DNA from: an uncultured Chloroflexia bacterium
Lineage (GTDB): Bacteria > Chloroflexota > Limnocylindria > Limnocylindrales > CSP1-4
DNA length: 64,000 bases
Direction: 5' to 3'
Assembly: GCA_963768655.1 (NCBI GenBank)
Contig: CAVYIM010000009.1
Coordinates: 64,001-128,000, forward strand
The notes beneath the pieces are model-generated. The model saw only the letters and a list, made by a program, of their open reading frames with translations. It was not told the DNA's origin and did no database searches. This document shows positions 50,418 to 59,564 of this stretch, one piece after another. Each line of letters starts with the position of its first letter. Within the stretch, counting starts at the first letter, position 1. The position numbers were made by a program, and so were the translations under genes.

Positions 50418-53198
50418 ATGCGAGACACCCATCTCCGCCCCAGCCCGAGCGCCCCGCCGGCGACACCGCCGGCCGGCAAACCCGCCCTGCCCGCCCCGCC
50501 CGCGATGCCCGCCAGCAGGCTCCCGGCGAATCCGCCGATAGTCGCGCCGGGACCCCTGCCGGCCCTGCCTGCCGCCCCGTCCGTGAAGGGCCTGCGGCCC
50601 GCCGCCAACGAGGGACCGGTGTGGAATCGCAGGGCCGGACGCCCCGACAGCCGCCCGGACGCAATGGCGCCGCGCGACACGGTTACGCCACTCGACGACT
50701 CGCCTGCCGAGCGTCTGCTCACGACCCAGGCTCCGCAGCGGCCGCTGTCGACGTCCACAATCAAGCTCACGATCGACGACCGCGAGGTCACCGGGACCGA
50801 GGGGCAAACGATCCTCGAGGTCTGCCGGGCCAACGGCACCGACGTCCCCACGCTCTGCTACGAGCCCAAGCTGCCCGGCTTCGGCGCCTGCCGGATGTGC
50901 GTCGTCGAGGTCGACGGCGACGATCATCCGACGATCTCGTGCGCCCGCGAAGCGGCGGCCGGCATGGTCGTCCGAACCCAGACCGACGAGGTTCGCCGGC
51001 TGCGCCGGACCAACCTGGAGCTGATCTTCAGCGACCACAACGCCTATTGCCTGCCGCCCTGCCAGAACAAGTGCCCGAGCCACATCGACATCCCGGGCTT
51101 CCTGAAGGCCAATGCCGAGGGCAAGTTCCGCGAGTCGGCGCGCATCTTCAAGCGCACCATCCCGTTCCCTTCGATCCTGGGCCGCGTCTGCCCGGCTCCG
51201 TGCGAGGAGCACTGCCGCCGCGACGAGGTGGACGAGGCCATCGCCATCCGGGATAGCCATCGCTACGCCGGCGACATCGTGCTGGCCGCGCAGAAGGACG
51301 GCATCGAACCGCCTCTGCCGTTCGAGACACAGCCCCGGACCGGCAAGCGCGTCGCGATCGTCGGCTCCGGACCGGCCGGCATGGCGGCGGCCTACTACCT
51401 GCAGCTCTCCGGCCACGACACGACCGTCTTCGAGCGCGACCCCGAGCCCGGTGGAATGCTCCGCTACGGCATCCCGGAGTACCGCCTGCCCAAGAAGGAC
51501 GTTCTCGAGCCCGAGTACGAGGCGGTCTGGCGCCTCGGCGCGAAGCTGGAGGTCAACCAGGCCCTGGGTCGCGACTTCAGCCTGGACGACCTGCGCGCGC
51601 GGGGCTTCGACGCCACGATCGTCGCCACCGGCTGCTACGACACCAACAAGCTCGGCGTCGAGAACGAGAACGCAGTCGGGGTCATCGACGGCCTGGAGTA
51701 CCTCAAGATCGCCACTCTGGGCCTGCCGTATCCGGGCCACGCCGGCAGCCGCGTCGTCGTCATCGGCGGCGGCTTCACCGCCATGGACTGCATGCGCACC
51801 TCCGTCCGCCAGGGCGCGAAGGAGGTCACCCTCGTCTACCGCCGTGACATGAAAGACATGCCGGCCGCCAGCGAGGTCCACGAGGGGCTCGAGGAAGGGG
51901 CTCGAGCCATCTTCCAGGCCGGCCCGACGAGGGTCATCGTCAACGCCAAGAATCGCGTCACCGGCGTCGAGTTCATCCGCATGCGCCCCGGCGCGCCGGA
52001 CGCCTCCGGCCGCCGCCGCCCCGAGCCCGCGCCCGGGACCGAGTTCGTGATCAAGTGCGACCGCGTCCTGCTCGCCATCGGCCAGGGGCCCGATTTGTCG
52101 TGGATAGGGCCCGGCAACGAAGGCATCGAGGCGGCCCGGTACAGGCTCAAGGCCGACGCGGTCACGTTCGAGACGGGCCGGCCCGGCGTGTTCGGCACCG
52201 GCGACGTGCGCATCGGGGCCGCGACCGTGGTCCAGGCCATCGCCGAGGGACGGCGCTGCGCCTACGCCGTGGACGCGTTCTTGCGCGGCACGGACCTCTC
52301 CGAGCTGCGCTCACGCGAGACCCTCGCCGAGCCCGAGCTCAAGTTCCTCTCGATCACGCCCTACACCGACGAGCCCAAGGAACCCCGTCACCGTCTGGCG
52401 GCAATGCCGGCGGAGGAGCGCAACAAGAGCTACGTCGAGTACGAGATCCCCTATACCCAGACCGAGGTCATGGCCGAGTCGAGCCGCTGCCTGCAGTGCA
52501 CCTGCGAGGCCATCGGCTACTGCGACCTGCGCAACCTGGGCCTGGAGTACGGGACCACGCTCGAAACGCTGGAGCCTCGGCACAACGAAGGCGCCGGCTA
52601 TCGCAGCGTGACGGAGAACCGCTTCACCGGCGCCAACCACGACTACATCCGCGACGACAGCCACGCCTTCATCCTGCGCGAGCCGTCGCGCTGCATCGAC
52701 TGCGGCCGCTGCGCCGCGGTCTGCGCCGACGTCGTCGGCGCCGCCTGCTACGACTTCATGCGCATCGGCTTCGACACGCTCGTGACGACGCCGCTCGACA
52801 TGAGCCTCAACGACACGCCGTGCGTCTCCTGCGGTCGCTGCGCCGAGACGTGCCCTACCGGCGCGCTCATGCTCAAGCCGCGCGTCTTGGAGAAGTACGA
52901 CGTCGACGAGAGCCGCTGCATCCTGTGCGGCATCTGCGTGGATGCCTGCCCGTACGACGCGCTGCGCGGCGGGCCCGACAACGAGCTGGCCCACACCGAC
53001 CGGTCCGGGCCGATGATCGACCTGATCGGCCTGGCCGCCATGGCCGGCGAAACCGAAGTGACCTACATCCAGCGCGAACGAGACTGGCTCGCCCACGCCG
53101 TGGCCGACGGTCGACTCGCGAACCCCGGGGCGGAGCTGCCGGCGCTGCCGCCCGCGCTCGCCACTCCCGGCGACGGAAATGGAGCCGAGCGCCAGTGA
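50418..53198 (+). CDS. NuoG/HydA-like Fe-S domain + GltD-like FAD/NAD(P)H oxidoreductase + 2x[4Fe-4S] + C-terminal half of NuoI
   Basis: TLCY..GACRMCVV..ISC (2Fe-2S); PCQNKCP, GRVCPAPCEEHC, GSGPAG, GGMLRYGIP, GGGFTAMD, VYRR (GltD); three CxxCxxCxxxC motifs, the last in a NuoI-like context. Start uncertain (50418 or 50664). Confidence 0.9.
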   Translation: MRDTHLRPSPSAPPATPPAGKPALPAPPAMPASRLPANPPIVAPGPLPALPAAPSVKGLRPAANEGPVWNRRAGRPDSRPDAMAPRDTVTPLDDSPAERLLTTQAPQRPLSTSTIKLTIDDREVTGTEGQTILEVCRANGTDVPTLCYEPKLPGFGACRMCVVEVDGDDHPTISCAREAAAGMVVRTQTDEVRRLRRTNLELIFSDHNAYCLPPCQNKCPSHIDIPGFLKANAEGKFRESARIFKRTIPFPSILGRVCPAPCEEHCRRDEVDEAIAIRDSHRYAGDIVLAAQKDGIEPPLPFETQPRTGKRVAIVGSGPAGMAAAYYLQLSGHDTTVFERDPEPGGMLRYGIPEYRLPKKDVLEPEYEAVWRLGAKLEVNQALGRDFSLDDLRARGFDATIVATGCYDTNKLGVENENAVGVIDGLEYLKIATLGLPYPGHAGSRVVVIGGGFTAMDCMRTSVRQGAKEVTLVYRRDMKDMPAASEVHEGLEEGARAIFQAGPTRVIVNAKNRVTGVEFIRMRPGAPDASGRRRPEPAPGTEFVIKCDRVLLAIGQGPDLSWIGPGNEGIEAARYRLKADAVTFETGRPGVFGTGDVRIGAATVVQAIAEGRRCAYAVDAFLRGTDLSELRSRETLAEPELKFLSITPYTDEPKEPRHRLAAMPAEERNKSYVEYEIPYTQTEVMAESSRCLQCTCEAIGYCDLRNLGLEYGTTLETLEPRHNEGAGYRSVTENRFTGANHDYIRDDSHAFILREPSRCIDCGRCAAVCADVVGAACYDFMRIGFDTLVTTPLDMSLNDTPCVSCGRCAETCPTGALMLKPRVLEKYDVDESRCILCGICVDACPYDALRGGPDNELAHTDRSGPMIDLIGLAAMAGETEVTYIQRERDWLAHAVADGRLANPGAELPALPPALATPGDGNGAERQ

Positions 53199-53223
53199 TG
53201 CATCATGAGGAGGGCAGGCAGGC

Positions 53224-53772
53224 ATGCCGATAGGTCAGACTCTCCCGTTCACGGCGGTCCGCTGGGACGACGTCCTCTTCGTCGTGCTGGCGATCATGCT
53301 CCTCGGCTCGGCCCTGCTGGTCGTGACCATGCGCGACATCATTCGCTGCGGTCTGGCGATGATCGCCTCGTTCGCCTCGCTGGCCGGCATCTACGTCCTG
53401 CTGGGCAATCCCCTCATCGCGGCCACCCAGGTCCTGGTCTACATCGGCGCGATCAGCATCCTGGTCCTGTTCGCGATCATGCTGACCGAGACCAAGAACG
53501 CCCCCACCCGGCTGGTCTTCCAGACCCAGGCCTGGGTCGGAGCCGCCGCCGCGGTGGTGATCGGCGCCATCATCTCCGGCACGGTCCTGACGACCACGTG
53601 GCCGTCCGGCGGTGCCGTGGTCTGGACCGCCACGTCGGACATCGCCACGATGCTCTTCGGCCAGTACGTTCTGCCGTTCGAGGCCGTGAGCGTGTTGCTC
53701 ACCGCCGCCGTCGTGGGTGGCGTGCTGCTGGCCAGACGCGAGCCGAACGCCGGCAAGGAGGATCGGTCGTGA
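53224..53772 (+). CDS. nuoJ: NADH-quinone oxidoreductase subunit J
   Basis: QVLVYIGAISILVLFAIML, YVLPFEAVSVLL. Confidence 0.95.
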   Translation: MPIGQTLPFTAVRWDDVLFVVLAIMLLGSALLVVTMRDIIRCGLAMIASFASLAGIYVLLGNPLIAATQVLVYIGAISILVLFAIMLTETKNAPTRLVFQTQAWVGAAAAVVIGAIISGTVLTTTWPSGGAVVWTATSDIATMLFGQYVLPFEAVSVLLTAAVVGGVLLARREPNAGKEDRS

Positions 53773-54080
53773 GCAATTCTCTCGACTCCTACCTGGTCCT
53801 GTCGGGCCTGCTCTTCGCCATCGGCACCTTCGGCTTCCTGGCCCGCCGCAACGCGATCAGCATGCTGATGTCCATCGAGCTGATGCTCAACGCGGTCAAC
53901 CTCACGATCATCGCCTTCGGGGCCTTCGAGAAGGGGCTCCACGTCCAGGCCTCGGTCATAGCCTTGATCGTCATCGCCGTGGCGGCGGCCGAAGCGACGG
54001 TCGGCCTGGCGATCGTCATCGCGATCTACCGGAACAAGAAGACGCCGCTCGTCGACGAGTACGACTCCATGAGCCAGTGA
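53769..54080 (+). CDS. nuoK: NADH-quinone oxidoreductase subunit K
   Basis: RRNAISMLMSIELMLNAVNL, AAAEATVGLAIV; GTG start overlapping the nuoJ stop. Confidence 0.96.
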   Translation: MSNSLDSYLVLSGLLFAIGTFGFLARRNAISMLMSIELMLNAVNLTIIAFGAFEKGLHVQASVIALIVIAVAAAEATVGLAIVIAIYRNKKTPLVDEYDSMSQ

Positions 54081-54087
54081 GCCCACG

Positions 54088-56055
54088 ATGACCGCGCTCC
54101 TCCCGCTCATCCCGATCATGCCGCTCGGCGGATTCGTACTGACCGGCCTGCTCGGCCGCCGCTACCCCGAGGACGCCCACCGCATCGCCGTCTGGGCCGT
54201 CGTGGCGTCGTGGGTCGTGGCCTCGATCGTGGCCGTCATGGCCCTGCTGCATGCCTCTCCGTTCGGGACGGCGGGCGCCGGCATCACGCTCTGGACCTGG
54301 ATCCCGGCCTACGTCCCGGGCGGCTTCAACGCCAGCATGGGTCTCTTCGTCGACCCCCTGACCGCCTGCCTGCTCATCGTGGTCACGACGATCGGCATGC
54401 TGGTGCACATCTACTCGATCGGCTACATGGCCCATGACCCTGGTCGGTGGCGCTTCTTCGCCTACCTGAACCTGTTCATGTTCTCGATGCTGATGCTGGT
54501 CCTGGCCGACAACTTCCTGCTCGTCTTCGCCGGCTGGGAGCTGGTGGGCCTGTGCAGCTACCTCTTGATCGGCTTCTGGTACCCGCGCCGGTCCGCCGCC
54601 GTTGCGGCCAAGAAGGCCTTCCTGGTCAACCGCGTCGGCGACATGGGCTTCGCGCTGGGGATCATGGCCATCTGGACCCAGCTCGGCACGCTCAACATGC
54701 AGGCCGTCTTCGCCAGGTTCGGCAGCGTCCCCCACGACTGGCAGATCGCGATCGCGCTGCTCATCTTCTGCGGCGCCGTGGGCAAGAGCGCCCAGTTCCC
54801 GCTCCACGTCTGGCTGCCGGACGCGATGGAGGGCCCCACTCCGGTCTCGGCCCTGATCCATGCCGCGACGATGGTCAACGCCGGCGTCTACCTCGTCGCC
54901 CGCTGCAACCCGATCTTCGGCGCAGCCCCCGAGGTCATGGTCGTCGTCGCCGCGATCGGCATCTTCACCGCTATCCTGGCCGCCTCGATCGCCTTCACCC
55001 AGACCGACATCAAGCGCGTCCTGGCCTACTCGACGCTTTCCCAGCTCGGCTACATGTTCGCCTCCCTGGGCGTCGGGGCGTGGACTGCGGCGATCTTCCA
55101 CCTCATGAGCCACGGCTTCTTCAAGGGCCTCCTCTTCCTGGACTCGGGCTCCGTGATCCACTCCGTCGGCGGCGAGCAGGACATGCGCAAGATGGGCGGC
55201 CTGGCCCGCAAGATCCCGATCACCTACGCCACGATGCTCGTCGGCGCGGTGGCGATCTCCGGCGTTCCGCCCCTGGCCGGCTTCTTCTCGAAGGACGAGA
55301 TCCTGGGCGGGGCATTCAAGAGCGGCTTCCTGTGGGTCTGGGCCATCGGCTTCGTGGTCGCCGGCATGACCGCCTTCTACATGTTCCGGCTGATGGGCAT
55401 GACTTTCTGGGGCCCGAGCCACGTCGATCCCGAGGTCGAGCACCACGTCCACGAGTCGCCCCGGTCGATGACCGGGCCGCTCGTCGTGCTCGCCATTCCG
55501 GCCGCGCTGCTCGGCCTGGCGATCGGCTTCCCGCCGGAGACGGGCCTGCTCCACCAGTGGCTCGCGCCGGTCTTCGAGGGCACGATCGCCGCCAGCGGCC
55601 ACACGGAGGCCGCCTACAACTTCTTCGGCATCGACGGCGCGCTGGCGATCGGGACGACGGCCCTGGTCGCCGTGGCGATCGTGCTGGCGTGGCGGCTCTT
55701 CGGCGTCGAGATCCCGGCCCTGGGCCTGCGGGCCCAGCCCCGTCCCGAGCGCGTGCGCGAGATCAGCACCCGGCGCGGCCTGTCGCTCCTCTACAAAGGC
55801 TCGTTCAACAAGTGGTGGTTCGACGACCTCAACAACAAGCTCTTCGTGGAGTGGGGCGGCAAACTCGCCGCCGCCGCCTTCTGGTTCGACCGCACGATCG
55901 TCGACGGCACCGTCAACGGCATCGGCGCCGTCACCACCGCCGCCGGTCGGGGACTGCGCCGCGTCCAGACGGGCCGGGTCCAGAACTACGCGCTCGGCAT
56001 CGCCCTCGGCCTGATCGTCATGGCCGCCGGCTATCTATACCTCGCGGTCAGGTAG
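54088..56055 (+). CDS. nuoL: NADH-quinone oxidoreductase subunit L
   Basis: GKSAQFPLHVWLPDAMEGPTPVSALIHAATMV, DIKRVLAYSTLSQLGYM, QTGRVQNY. Confidence 0.97.
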   Translation: MTALLPLIPIMPLGGFVLTGLLGRRYPEDAHRIAVWAVVASWVVASIVAVMALLHASPFGTAGAGITLWTWIPAYVPGGFNASMGLFVDPLTACLLIVVTTIGMLVHIYSIGYMAHDPGRWRFFAYLNLFMFSMLMLVLADNFLLVFAGWELVGLCSYLLIGFWYPRRSAAVAAKKAFLVNRVGDMGFALGIMAIWTQLGTLNMQAVFARFGSVPHDWQIAIALLIFCGAVGKSAQFPLHVWLPDAMEGPTPVSALIHAATMVNAGVYLVARCNPIFGAAPEVMVVVAAIGIFTAILAASIAFTQTDIKRVLAYSTLSQLGYMFASLGVGAWTAAIFHLMSHGFFKGLLFLDSGSVIHSVGGEQDMRKMGGLARKIPITYATMLVGAVAISGVPPLAGFFSKDEILGGAFKSGFLWVWAIGFVVAGMTAFYMFRLMGMTFWGPSHVDPEVEHHVHESPRSMTGPLVVLAIPAALLGLAIGFPPETGLLHQWLAPVFEGTIAASGHTEAAYNFFGIDGALAIGTTALVAVAIVLAWRLFGVEIPALGLRAQPRPERVREISTRRGLSLLYKGSFNKWWFDDLNNKLFVEWGGKLAAAAFWFDRTIVDGTVNGIGAVTTAAGRGLRRVQTGRVQNYALGIALGLIVMAAGYLYLAVR

Positions 56056-56065
56056 GAGGGGAACG

Positions 56066-57589
56066 ATGTCCGGCCTGCCGCTCCTGAGCCTGATCACCTT
56101 CCTGCCGCTCCTTGGAGCGGTGATCATCGCGGTCCTGCCCTCGCGGAACCTCGATCTCATCCGACGCGTGGCCCTCGGGACGTCGCTGCTGGCCTGGGTC
56201 CTGTCGCTGCTCCTGCTCGGCATCTTCGTCCGAGGCCAAGACGGCTTCCAGTTCAAGGAAGCTGCCGACTGGATCCCGAGCTTCGGCATCCAGTACAAGC
56301 TGGGCGTCGACGGCCTGAGCGTGCTGATGGTCGTCCTGACGACGACGCTCAGCTGGATCAGCATCCTGGCCAGCTTCGGGCCGATCAAGTTCCGGGTGAA
56401 GGAGTACATGATCTCCTTCCTGGTTCTCGAGGTCGGCATGATCGGGGTCTTCGTCGCCCTGGACCTCTTCCTCTTCTACATCTTCTGGGAGATCGTCCTG
56501 GTCCCGATGTACTTGATCATCGGCATCTGGGGCGGCGCGAACCGCATCTACGCCACGATGAAGTTCGTTCTGTACACGCTCGTCGGGTCGCTGCTGATGC
56601 TCGTCGCGATCCTGGCCACGGCCTTCACCTACCAGGCCGCGACCGGGTCCTGGGCCGGCGCATTCGACTACGAGAAGCTGCAGGCGTTCGCCGCCGCGGG
56701 CTCCTTCGGCCAGAACTTCCAGCTGCTGGCCTTCCTGGCGCTGTTCCTCGCCTTCGCCATCAAGGTCCCGATGTTCCCGTTCCACACCTGGCTGCCCGAC
56801 GCCCACACCGAGGCCCCGACCGCGGGCTCGGTCATCCTGGCGGGCGTCCTCCTCAAGCTCGGCGCGTACGGCCTGATCCGCTTCGCCGTGCCTCTCTACC
56901 CGTACGCGGCCCACACGTTCGCCTGGCCGATCATCGTCCTGAGCGTGATCGCGATCGTGTACGGCGCGATCGTCTCGATCGTCCAGCCGGACCTCAAGCG
57001 CCTGATCGCCTACAGCTCGGTCAGCCACATGGGCTTCGTGACGCTGGGCATCTTCGTCTTCACGGCCACCGCCCTCCAGGGCGCGATCCTGCAGATGATC
57101 AACCACGGCCTGATCACGGGCGGGCTCTTCCTCCTGGTCGGTGTCGTCTACGAGCGCACCCACGACCGATCCATCGCCAAGATGGGCGGCCTGGCGGCCA
57201 CGATGCCGCTGTGGTCGACGGTCTTCGGCTTCTTCATCCTGGCCTCGGCCGGGCTGCCGGGGCTGTCCGGCTTCGTCGGTGAGTTCCTGGTCTTCGTGGG
57301 GTCCTTCACCTACGCGCCCGGAATCGTCGTCGCCTCGATCATCGTCATGGTCCTGGTGGCCACGTACTTGCTGTGGATGTTCCAGCGCGTCGCCTTCGGC
57401 GCCGTGTCCGATTTCCTGGCCGGCCTGGGCGACCATCTGACGGACATGAGCCGGGTCGAGTTCGCCACTCTCGCCCCGCTGGCCGCCCTGATCGTCGTGT
57501 TCGGGCTCTTCCCGAGCCTGATCCTCGACTTCCTGAACGGTCCGGTCCAGCACTTCCTCCTGGCCGCTGGCACAGCGGTCGGCGGCTGA
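56066..57589 (+). CDS. nuoM: NADH-quinone oxidoreductase subunit M
   Basis: GVDGLS, IKVPMFPFHTWLPDAHTEAPTAGSV, DLKRLIAYSSVSHMG, GLPGLSGFVGEF. Confidence 0.97.
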   Translation: MSGLPLLSLITFLPLLGAVIIAVLPSRNLDLIRRVALGTSLLAWVLSLLLLGIFVRGQDGFQFKEAADWIPSFGIQYKLGVDGLSVLMVVLTTTLSWISILASFGPIKFRVKEYMISFLVLEVGMIGVFVALDLFLFYIFWEIVLVPMYLIIGIWGGANRIYATMKFVLYTLVGSLLMLVAILATAFTYQAATGSWAGAFDYEKLQAFAAAGSFGQNFQLLAFLALFLAFAIKVPMFPFHTWLPDAHTEAPTAGSVILAGVLLKLGAYGLIRFAVPLYPYAAHTFAWPIIVLSVIAIVYGAIVSIVQPDLKRLIAYSSVSHMGFVTLGIFVFTATALQGAILQMINHGLITGGLFLLVGVVYERTHDRSIAKMGGLAATMPLWSTVFGFFILASAGLPGLSGFVGEFLVFVGSFTYAPGIVVASIIVMVLVATYLLWMFQRVAFGAVSDFLAGLGDHLTDMSRVEFATLAPLAALIVVFGLFPSLILDFLNGPVQHFLLAAGTAVGG

Positions 57590-57601
57590 GAGGAGAACGA
57601 G

Positions 57602-59062
57602 ATGAACTGGTCAGACCTGGGCTCCCTGGCGCCGGTCATCTGGGCCGTCCTCACGGCGGCGGCGGTCCTGCTCGTGGACTTCATCGCGCCCGGGCGGCGC
57701 GGCCCGGCCATCGCCGTGGCGCTCGCCGGGCTGGCCGTGGCGGCGGCCGTGGTCCTGTCGCTCGCCGGCCACACCGAGACCGCCTTCGGGGGCGCGTACG
57801 TCGTGGACGGCCTGACGGCATTCCTCGACATCCTGTTCGTGGCCATCGCGGCCCTGACGATCCTCTTCGCCAACGACTACCTGGAGCCGCGCGGCCTGCC
57901 GATTGCCGAGTTCGCTGCCGTCCTGGTCTTCGCCATCACCGGGGCGATGCTGATCGCCGGCTCCGCCGACCTGCTCCTCCTCTTCGTTGCCCTGGAGCTG
58001 ATGGTCCTGCCCGGCTACCTGCTCGCCGGCTACGCTCGGAACGACCCCTACTCGACCGAGGGCGCGATCAAATACTTCCTCCTCGGCTCCTTCTCGAGCG
58101 CGATCCTGCTCTTCGGCCTGGCCTACGTGTGGGGCATCACGGGCAGCACACGAGTGGACGTCGTGGCCGCGGCCCTGGCCCAGGCTGCGGCGACCGGCTC
58201 GATCGCCCCCGGCCTGGCCATGGGTCTGGCCTTCATGACGGCGGGCGTGGCCTTCAAGATGGCCGCGGTGCCGTTCCACTACTGGACTCCGGACGCGTAT
58301 CAAGGCTCGCCGACGCCCGTCACGGCGTACCTGTCCGTCGGTCCGAAGATAGGCGCCTTCGCCATCGCCCTGCGGCTGTTCGTGGCCGCCCTGGGCCCGC
58401 TCAAGGCCGACTGGCTGCCGATCGTGATCATCCTGGCTGCCCTGACGATGACGCTGGGCAACCTGGTGGCGATCACCCAGGACAACGTCAAGCGGATGCT
58501 GGCGTACTCCTCGATCGCCCATACCGGCTACATCCTGGTCGGGCTGGCGGCCTACGCCGGCGGCCAGCACAGCGGCATCTCGGCGATCCTCTTCTACGGC
58601 GCCGCCTACACCTTCATGAACATGGGCGCGTTCGCCGTGGTCACGGCCCTGCAGCGCCGGCCAGGAGTGACGAGCCAGATCTCCACGTTCGCCGGCCTGG
58701 GGCGGCGCGATCCGTGGCTGGGGGCGCTGATGGCCCTGTTCCTGCTGTCGCTGACGGGCATCCCGCCGCTCGCCGGCTTCTGGGCCAAGGCCTACGTAAT
58801 CGTCGCGGCGGTCCAGGCCGGCGGCTGGCTGACGGCGCTGGCGGTGCTGGCGATGCTCAACGCGGCCGCGGCGGCGTTCTACTACCTGCGCGTGGTCGTG
58901 TACATGTACATGCGCGAGCCCGCCGAGGATGCCGCGCCGCTGTCGCCGGGGCTGCTCTTCCGAGTCGGTCTGGCCGTGACCGGCATCGCCACGCTCGTCT
59001 TCGGGCTCTTCCCGGCGATCCTGACCGCCGCCAGCAGCGCCGCCGACGTGCTGAAGGGCTAG
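57602..59062 (+). CDS. nuoN: NADH-quinone oxidoreductase subunit N
   Basis: EGAIKYFLLG, FKMAAVPFHYWTPDAYQGSP, NVKRMLAYSSIAHTGY, GIPPLAGF, YYLRVV. Confidence 0.97.
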   Translation: MNWSDLGSLAPVIWAVLTAAAVLLVDFIAPGRRGPAIAVALAGLAVAAAVVLSLAGHTETAFGGAYVVDGLTAFLDILFVAIAALTILFANDYLEPRGLPIAEFAAVLVFAITGAMLIAGSADLLLLFVALELMVLPGYLLAGYARNDPYSTEGAIKYFLLGSFSSAILLFGLAYVWGITGSTRVDVVAAALAQAAATGSIAPGLAMGLAFMTAGVAFKMAAVPFHYWTPDAYQGSPTPVTAYLSVGPKIGAFAIALRLFVAALGPLKADWLPIVIILAALTMTLGNLVAITQDNVKRMLAYSSIAHTGYILVGLAAYAGGQHSGISAILFYGAAYTFMNMGAFAVVTALQRRPGVTSQISTFAGLGRRDPWLGALMALFLLSLTGIPPLAGFWAKAYVIVAAVQAGGWLTALAVLAMLNAAAAAFYYLRVVVYMYMREPAEDAAPLSPGLLFRVGLAVTGIATLVFGLFPAILTAASSAADVLKG

Positions 59063-59066
59063 CCTG

Positions 59067-59546
59067 CTAGCCCTGGCTCGGGCTCGAAGCCGGCGCCGCG
59101 GCCGAGGGCGAATCCGAAGCCGGCGCCGCGGCCGAGGACGCCCCCGAGGACGAAGCCGAGCCGCCTTCTGCCTTCTCCGCCGCCTCGTCCGCCAGAGCGT
59201 GGGCCACCGTGTCGAGCGAGAGCAGGGCGCACTTGAGGCGAGCCGGGCTGATTTCGATCCCGATCAGGTCCAGCAGGTCGTCGGGCGTCATGGCCTCGAC
59301 TTCTTCGACGGTCTTGCCCTTGATCTCGTCGGTCAGCAGCGAGGCACTGGCCTGGCTGATGGCGCAGCCACGGCCGGTGAAGGCCACGTCGCGCACGATC
59401 CCGTCCGAGATTCCGAGGAACATCGTGATCCGGTCGCCGCAGAGCGGGTTGGAGCCTTCATAGCTCGCCGTGGGTGTCTCGAGGACGCCGAAGTTGTGGG
59501 GATGCCGGTAGTGTTCGAGGATGTAGTCGCGGTACAGGTCGTCCAT
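59067..59546 (-). CDS. sufU: SufU/IscU-family Fe-S assembly protein
   Basis: LYRDYILEHY, NPLCGD, GCAISQASAS, RLKCALL; Ser/Ala-rich repeated tail. Confidence 0.9.
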   Translation of the reverse strand: MDDLYRDYILEHYRHPHNFGVLETPTASYEGSNPLCGDRITMFLGISDGIVRDVAFTGRGCAISQASASLLTDEIKGKTVEEVEAMTPDDLLDLIGIEISPARLKCALLSLDTVAHALADEAAEKAEGGSASSSGASSAAAPASDSPSAAAPASSPSQG

Positions 59547-59564
59547 CGGAGTCGAGGATAGGCC

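Noticed and set aside
50418-53198. Glutamate synthase small subunit, FeFe-hydrogenase or formate dehydrogenase call
   Set aside because: There is no gltB, no H-cluster motif and no molybdopterin domain; the gene is embedded in the nuo operon and ends in a NuoI-like half.
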